This document shows positions 60,310 to 64,000 of a stretch of 64,000 nt of DNA, piece by piece. The stretch spans positions 310,001 to 374,000 of the forward strand of contig NIVC01000594.1 of the NCBI GenBank assembly GCA_002269645.1. The letters run 5' to 3'. Both the position numbers and the translations under genes were made by a program. Source of the DNA: Macrostomum lignano (lineage: Eukaryota). The stretch's first letter is position 1; each line of letters begins with the position of its first letter. The notes beneath the pieces are model-generated. The model did not search any database and was not told the DNA's origin. It saw nothing but the letters and a program-made list of their open reading frames with translations.

Positions 60310-60569
60310 GATGTGCAACCGACAGCTCAGCCGCAGCTATTGCGCGGCGCATCTGAAGGCTGCGTACGGCTGTTCAGTCCAAGGACTGGGGGGTCGCCAC
60401 ACAGACCCTCAAATACCCCAGCTAATCCTGGCACCCATTTTACAGCTGGGTGAACTCAAGCAATGCAGAGTTGTCTTGCTCAAGGACACAAATTGATCCG
60501 AGTGGATCGAGAATCGAATCCCAGACCCTTCAGTCGCGAGTCTGACGCTCTACCACTAGGCTGCAACCC
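60310..60569 (-). mobile_element. tRNA-derived CORE-SINE (MIR-like central domain)
   Basis: Head with A box CAGCCTAGTGG and B box GATTCGATTC, followed by TTGTGTCCTTGAGCAAG..CTCTG..GAGTT..CTGTAAAATGGG, matching the CORE domain. A second copy lies at 29471-29650. Confidence 0.82.
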
Positions 60570-60600
60570 TTACATCGCTTAAAAAATTACTTGAACTCAC

Positions 60601-60955
60601 CAACTCGAATCTTGATGTGATTGTTGCTGTCCGACGGGTCAACTATCGATGCTACTGCCGCCACCATCTCCATCGCCATCTCCGCCATGATGGCAGCGTG
60701 GTACTTGGTAACTGTAGGAATTCCCGAAGCCACCATGTACACATCGTTAACAGTCTCCACCTTGTAGACTCTGTGCTTCTCCGTTAGCTCATCAAAGCAA
60801 GCATAAATTGTGTTAAGCAGAGCCACCACATGGGTTGGTGTGATCAAGTTGGCGATGTCTTTGAAGCCGCAGACGTCGCTAAATTGAACTGTGGCGTCTT
60901 CGAATGTTGAACAGGTGTTGGCTGAGGAACCGTCCGTGCGGATCTTGTCTGCCAC
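60601..60955 (-). CDS. Gyc88E-like: Atypical soluble guanylate cyclase, exon 5 (cyclase N-half)
   Basis: VADKIR..TVQFSDVCGF..LLNTIYACFD..VYKVETVNDVYMVASG; CAG acceptor, GTGAGT donor, phase 1. Confidence 0.95.
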
Positions 60956-61334
60956 CTGTTTGTTGAAATTTGAATTTATTGTTTACCAACTGAAAAGTTC
61001 ATGGCAATATTGTCGCAAGTCACTTGCAGAGGTGCCATGTCTCAACATCAGGAGGGAGGGGCCGAAGCCCAGAGGTCCACGGCGGCGCTCTGATGTGCCA
61101 GCGGCCCAGGCTCGATTCCAAGTGCAGTCACATTAATTTGGGGCTAGATTGGAATCTCGGCTTGGCTCTGCTTGTACAATTAACACCCTTGAGGGCCAAC
61201 CCCCAATGCACAGTGAAGTGTACACGCCTAACGATAAATAAAGTTAGGGCTGCTGTACACTCCTGAGGGAAGTACAGTCCCCTGCCTCTAATAAAACTAG
61301 CAGGTGCAACCAAAAGGAAAAACCATTCTCTCAC

Positions 61335-61684
61335 CTGCTTCGGGATCATCTGATACAGCAGTTCATCTGAGCGTTTCCTCTCTTCGTCAAGCTTTTTCAA
61401 AGCCTCTTGAAACCGCTTGCTCTTCTCTTCCTGCTGTTGAAGAGCCAGTTTGAGCTCCGCCTGCTGCTGCTCACCGGCGAGCACCATATCGCGGGACGAG
61501 TCGTGCATGCTCAAGTCGTTGACAAACAGGCCAGCCTTCTGCATCGTGTCAACGTCCTGCAGCTGCGGCGTGCCCAAGAAGACGATCGCGTCCCAGCCTT
61601 CCATATACTTCATCTGGCCGCGGAGGCGCAGAGCGCCTGAGATGGAGCTCAGACTCTTTTTGTAGTTCTCCTGGCTTGTGCCGC
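61335..61684 (-). CDS. Gyc88E-like: Atypical soluble guanylate cyclase, exon 4 (PAS end + coiled coil)
   Basis: [44 protein letters not shown]; canonical splice sites. Confidence 0.95.
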
Positions 61685-61772
61685 CTGCAGGAGAGCAACA
61701 GAGGGCAGGTAAAAATGATGCATTCGGTCAATTGGAAATGTTCTTCCCCAAACTAAATGGCAACAGACATAC

Positions 61773-61887
61773 CGCTGCTGCCCTTCCGTTTCTTCTCTTC
61801 CATCAGAAGGCGAATCGCCTCGAGGTCCTTCTCGTCCATCTTTTGAATTGCCATAATTTCGAACACGTTGTTAGTGTGTAGCATCAC
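61773..61887 (-). CDS. Gyc88E-like: Atypical soluble guanylate cyclase, exon 3
   Basis: VMLHTNNVFEI.. (HNOBA HxNxVFE motif); CAG/GTATGT sites, phase 1. Confidence 0.88.
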
Positions 61888-61961
61888 CTGGCGTTAATTA
61901 AGGCGAATTGATTTTTACTGCATGCTCGTCGCTAAGCTTACTGACTAAAAAACCGGCTTAC

Positions 61962-62156
61962 AGCATCCCAGGTGAACGGGATCATAGGCCGGTTGAGCAG
62001 AAACGCTTCGTTGACCATCTTGCCAACAATGTCGGGCAGGGCGTTGAGCATCCCGTCGCCGACCTCCGAGATGACAAGGCCTCGATTGAACACGATGTTG
62101 AAAGGAAAAACTTCGAAGAAGACCTCCGAACGAACCGGGAAGTCGTCTTGAAGCTT
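61962..62156 (-). CDS. Gyc88E-like: Atypical soluble guanylate cyclase, exon 2 (PAS/HNOBA)
   Basis: Manual translation KLQDDFPVRSEVFFEVFPFNIVFNRGL..LNRPMIPFTWDA; TAG/GTAAGC sites, phase 0. Confidence 0.92.
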
Positions 62157-62199
62157 CTACAATCGCATGAAAGTAAAAATTATGATTTGAATTTTTTTG

Positions 62200-62500
62200 A
62201 GATGACAAGAGAGAAGAGAAGAGGGGAGAGAGAAGAGAACAGGGGAGAGAGGAGACAGGGGAGAGTAGAGACGATAGATGAGGGAGAAGAGATAGGTAAG
62301 GGAGTAGAGATGAGAGGAGAGAGAGAGGAGAGTGAAGAGAGATGAAAGATCAGAGATAAGAGATTTAAGAGGAGAAAGTAGTGAGGGGAAAGAAGAGTGT
62401 AAGAGAGGAGTGCAGAGAGCAGAGATGAGAGATGAGAGATGATAGATTAGACAGTAGAGATGATAGAGAGAGCAAAGAGGAGAGAAAAGACAGGAGAATC
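62200..62500 (+). repeat. AG-rich low-complexity tract in sGC intron 1
   Basis: Direct reading. Confidence 0.85.
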
Positions 62501-62710
62501 TGAGTCTGGACAATGGCAGTCATTTTTGCAAACAGGGAAAACAAGATATGGTATTTGAAAGGCTTTGTAGAGGATTTGGAAACGATTTGGAAAATGGGAT
62601 TCAAGTCATGGAATTTCAGCTGATAGATTTCAGAATTCTAACGATGGGAGTTCTTCCCCTTTCTCCTTCGAAGGATGAATTCTACTCGTTTATACTAAAA
62701 CTGAGATTAC

Positions 62711-63274
62711 CTTGAATCCAAGGTTGCTGAAGTGCAGTCGCATGATGCAGTTGGTCATCTCAGACGTCTCCTCTAAACTAATGATGGTGATGGTAATCTT
62801 GGTCTGATAAAAGATCTTGCCTATTTCCGTGATCATGCCCTGGACGTAGGGAGTGTACCCCTGCCGTCTGGTCCGGTACTGCAGGGTGATGCCAGTCGAA
62901 CTTTCGTTCATGCAGAAGAACGACGGCGGCTTGAGCTTTTTGTAGCTCATCCTCAGGTACTCGTGCAGGTTGTCCAACCCGTTGAGAAAGTCGCGCAGGT
63001 TGCGCCCGAGGACCCGCATGATGCCATCGTAGCCGAACTGGGACAAGTAGGAGACGAAGTAGGCTCCATTAGCGTAGATTAGTGTTTCAGCATCGATGTT
63101 GAGATTTTTCGAGGCGGTGTCAACCATCCGAGGAATGATTGTTTCGCTGTAAACCTCGTGAGTAGAGAAGCTCTTGACCTCGAGGTTGGCCTTGCGCACC
63201 AGGAAGTGCCACATATCTTCGCCATAGTTCTCTTTGACAAAGTTGCGCAGGCCTTCAAGCAGCAGGCCGTACAT
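62711..63274 (-). CDS. Gyc88E-like: Atypical soluble guanylate cyclase, exon 1 (H-NOX heme domain)
   Basis: MYGLLLE start, LGRNLRDFLNGLDNLHEYL (proximal His), PPSFFC, LQYRTRR (YxS/TxR), GYTPY (distal Tyr); GTAATC donor. Confidence 0.96.
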
Positions 63275-64000
63275 TTTCTAAATTGCACTGATGAATAACG
63301 CGAAGCAAGGATCAACTTACAAACTGGATTTTCAAGTGTCCAGCATTTATAAGCCTCTGTAACCATGGAAACCGTGCTCATTAGTCCTAAGCTAGCTAAG
63401 GAAACTAGGAACTCGTCAAAGATCTCCCTAATTGTTTATTTCTTTCAACTTTCCTTGAGGTTAGAGATTCGCGGTTGTTAGCAAAGGGACCGAGCGAGTG
63501 TACGAGGTGACAGTTTGGAAAACTGCCTACCAGTTTAGCAACTAATGATCGAGAAATCCGTTGGACTGATAGTGGGGATCATTAGTTTTTCTTCTTTTGT
63601 ACCCCGATTACTCATGCATGCCCGCCTCCGCAATTAGCGATCCGGAATTTCGAACTTGCGGGTTGTTTCTTTCTCGAATACTCACGTGACTCGGTAAGGC
63701 CGGTGCATGTCATGTGATGATCAAACTTTATTGTTTGAGATGCATCTCTCTATCTGTTTTGGAGCTGAAAGTACATATCTTCATAAACAAAATACTTGCC
63801 TAAATTTTGCAGAATGAATTTGAGATTTGAGATATGAGATTGATCCGCTGATGTATGGCGGTGCATGACTATTGAACTGACTGTAAATTCTAGTTCGAAA
63901 TTCACCAAAAAACTTGAACATGAAGATTACGGAATTAAACGTTAGCTATCTACGTAGTACACGTACGTAGTTGTCTTCTGCTAAAACTGTCCTCAAAAAA

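Noticed and set aside
60500-60569. tRNA gene
   Set aside because: A and B boxes are present but the acceptor stem is not closed and the sequence runs into a CORE domain; it is a SINE head.

Overview
Eukaryotic (invertebrate) genomic DNA with GT-AG introns. By my rough tally about a third of the window is mini/microsatellite. The repeat load, short introns and gene content would fit a spiralian such as a free-living flatworm; this is inference and cannot be proven from the window. Left to right: (1) a tandem cluster of CYP2-clan cytochrome P450s (three intact two-exon genes plus a satellite-fused 3' fragment), interleaved with a 20-bp GGCGCCCC minisatellite, duplicated spacer blocks and a decayed RNase H-bearing LINE inserted in that minisatellite; (2) the terminal exon of an unrecognised single-pass membrane protein gene (-); (3) a two-exon myosin regulatory light chain gene (-); (4) mariner, hAT-MITE and CORE-SINE insertions; (5) an intronless atypical ARF-like GTPase with one frameshift; (6) probable last exons of an unrecognised gene (-), followed by about 12 kb of consecutive satellites; (7) a complete seven-exon atypical Gyc88E-like soluble guanylate cyclase (-), whose intron 5 holds a stack of TE relics. 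No rRNA, true tRNA gene or CRISPR array was found. Most interesting: satellite-linked birth, death and gene conversion in the P450 cluster; the atypical ARL; an exactly 11-bp-phased CCNNGG array downstream of the MRLC stop; and a 133-nt intronic hairpin behind a TATA box.
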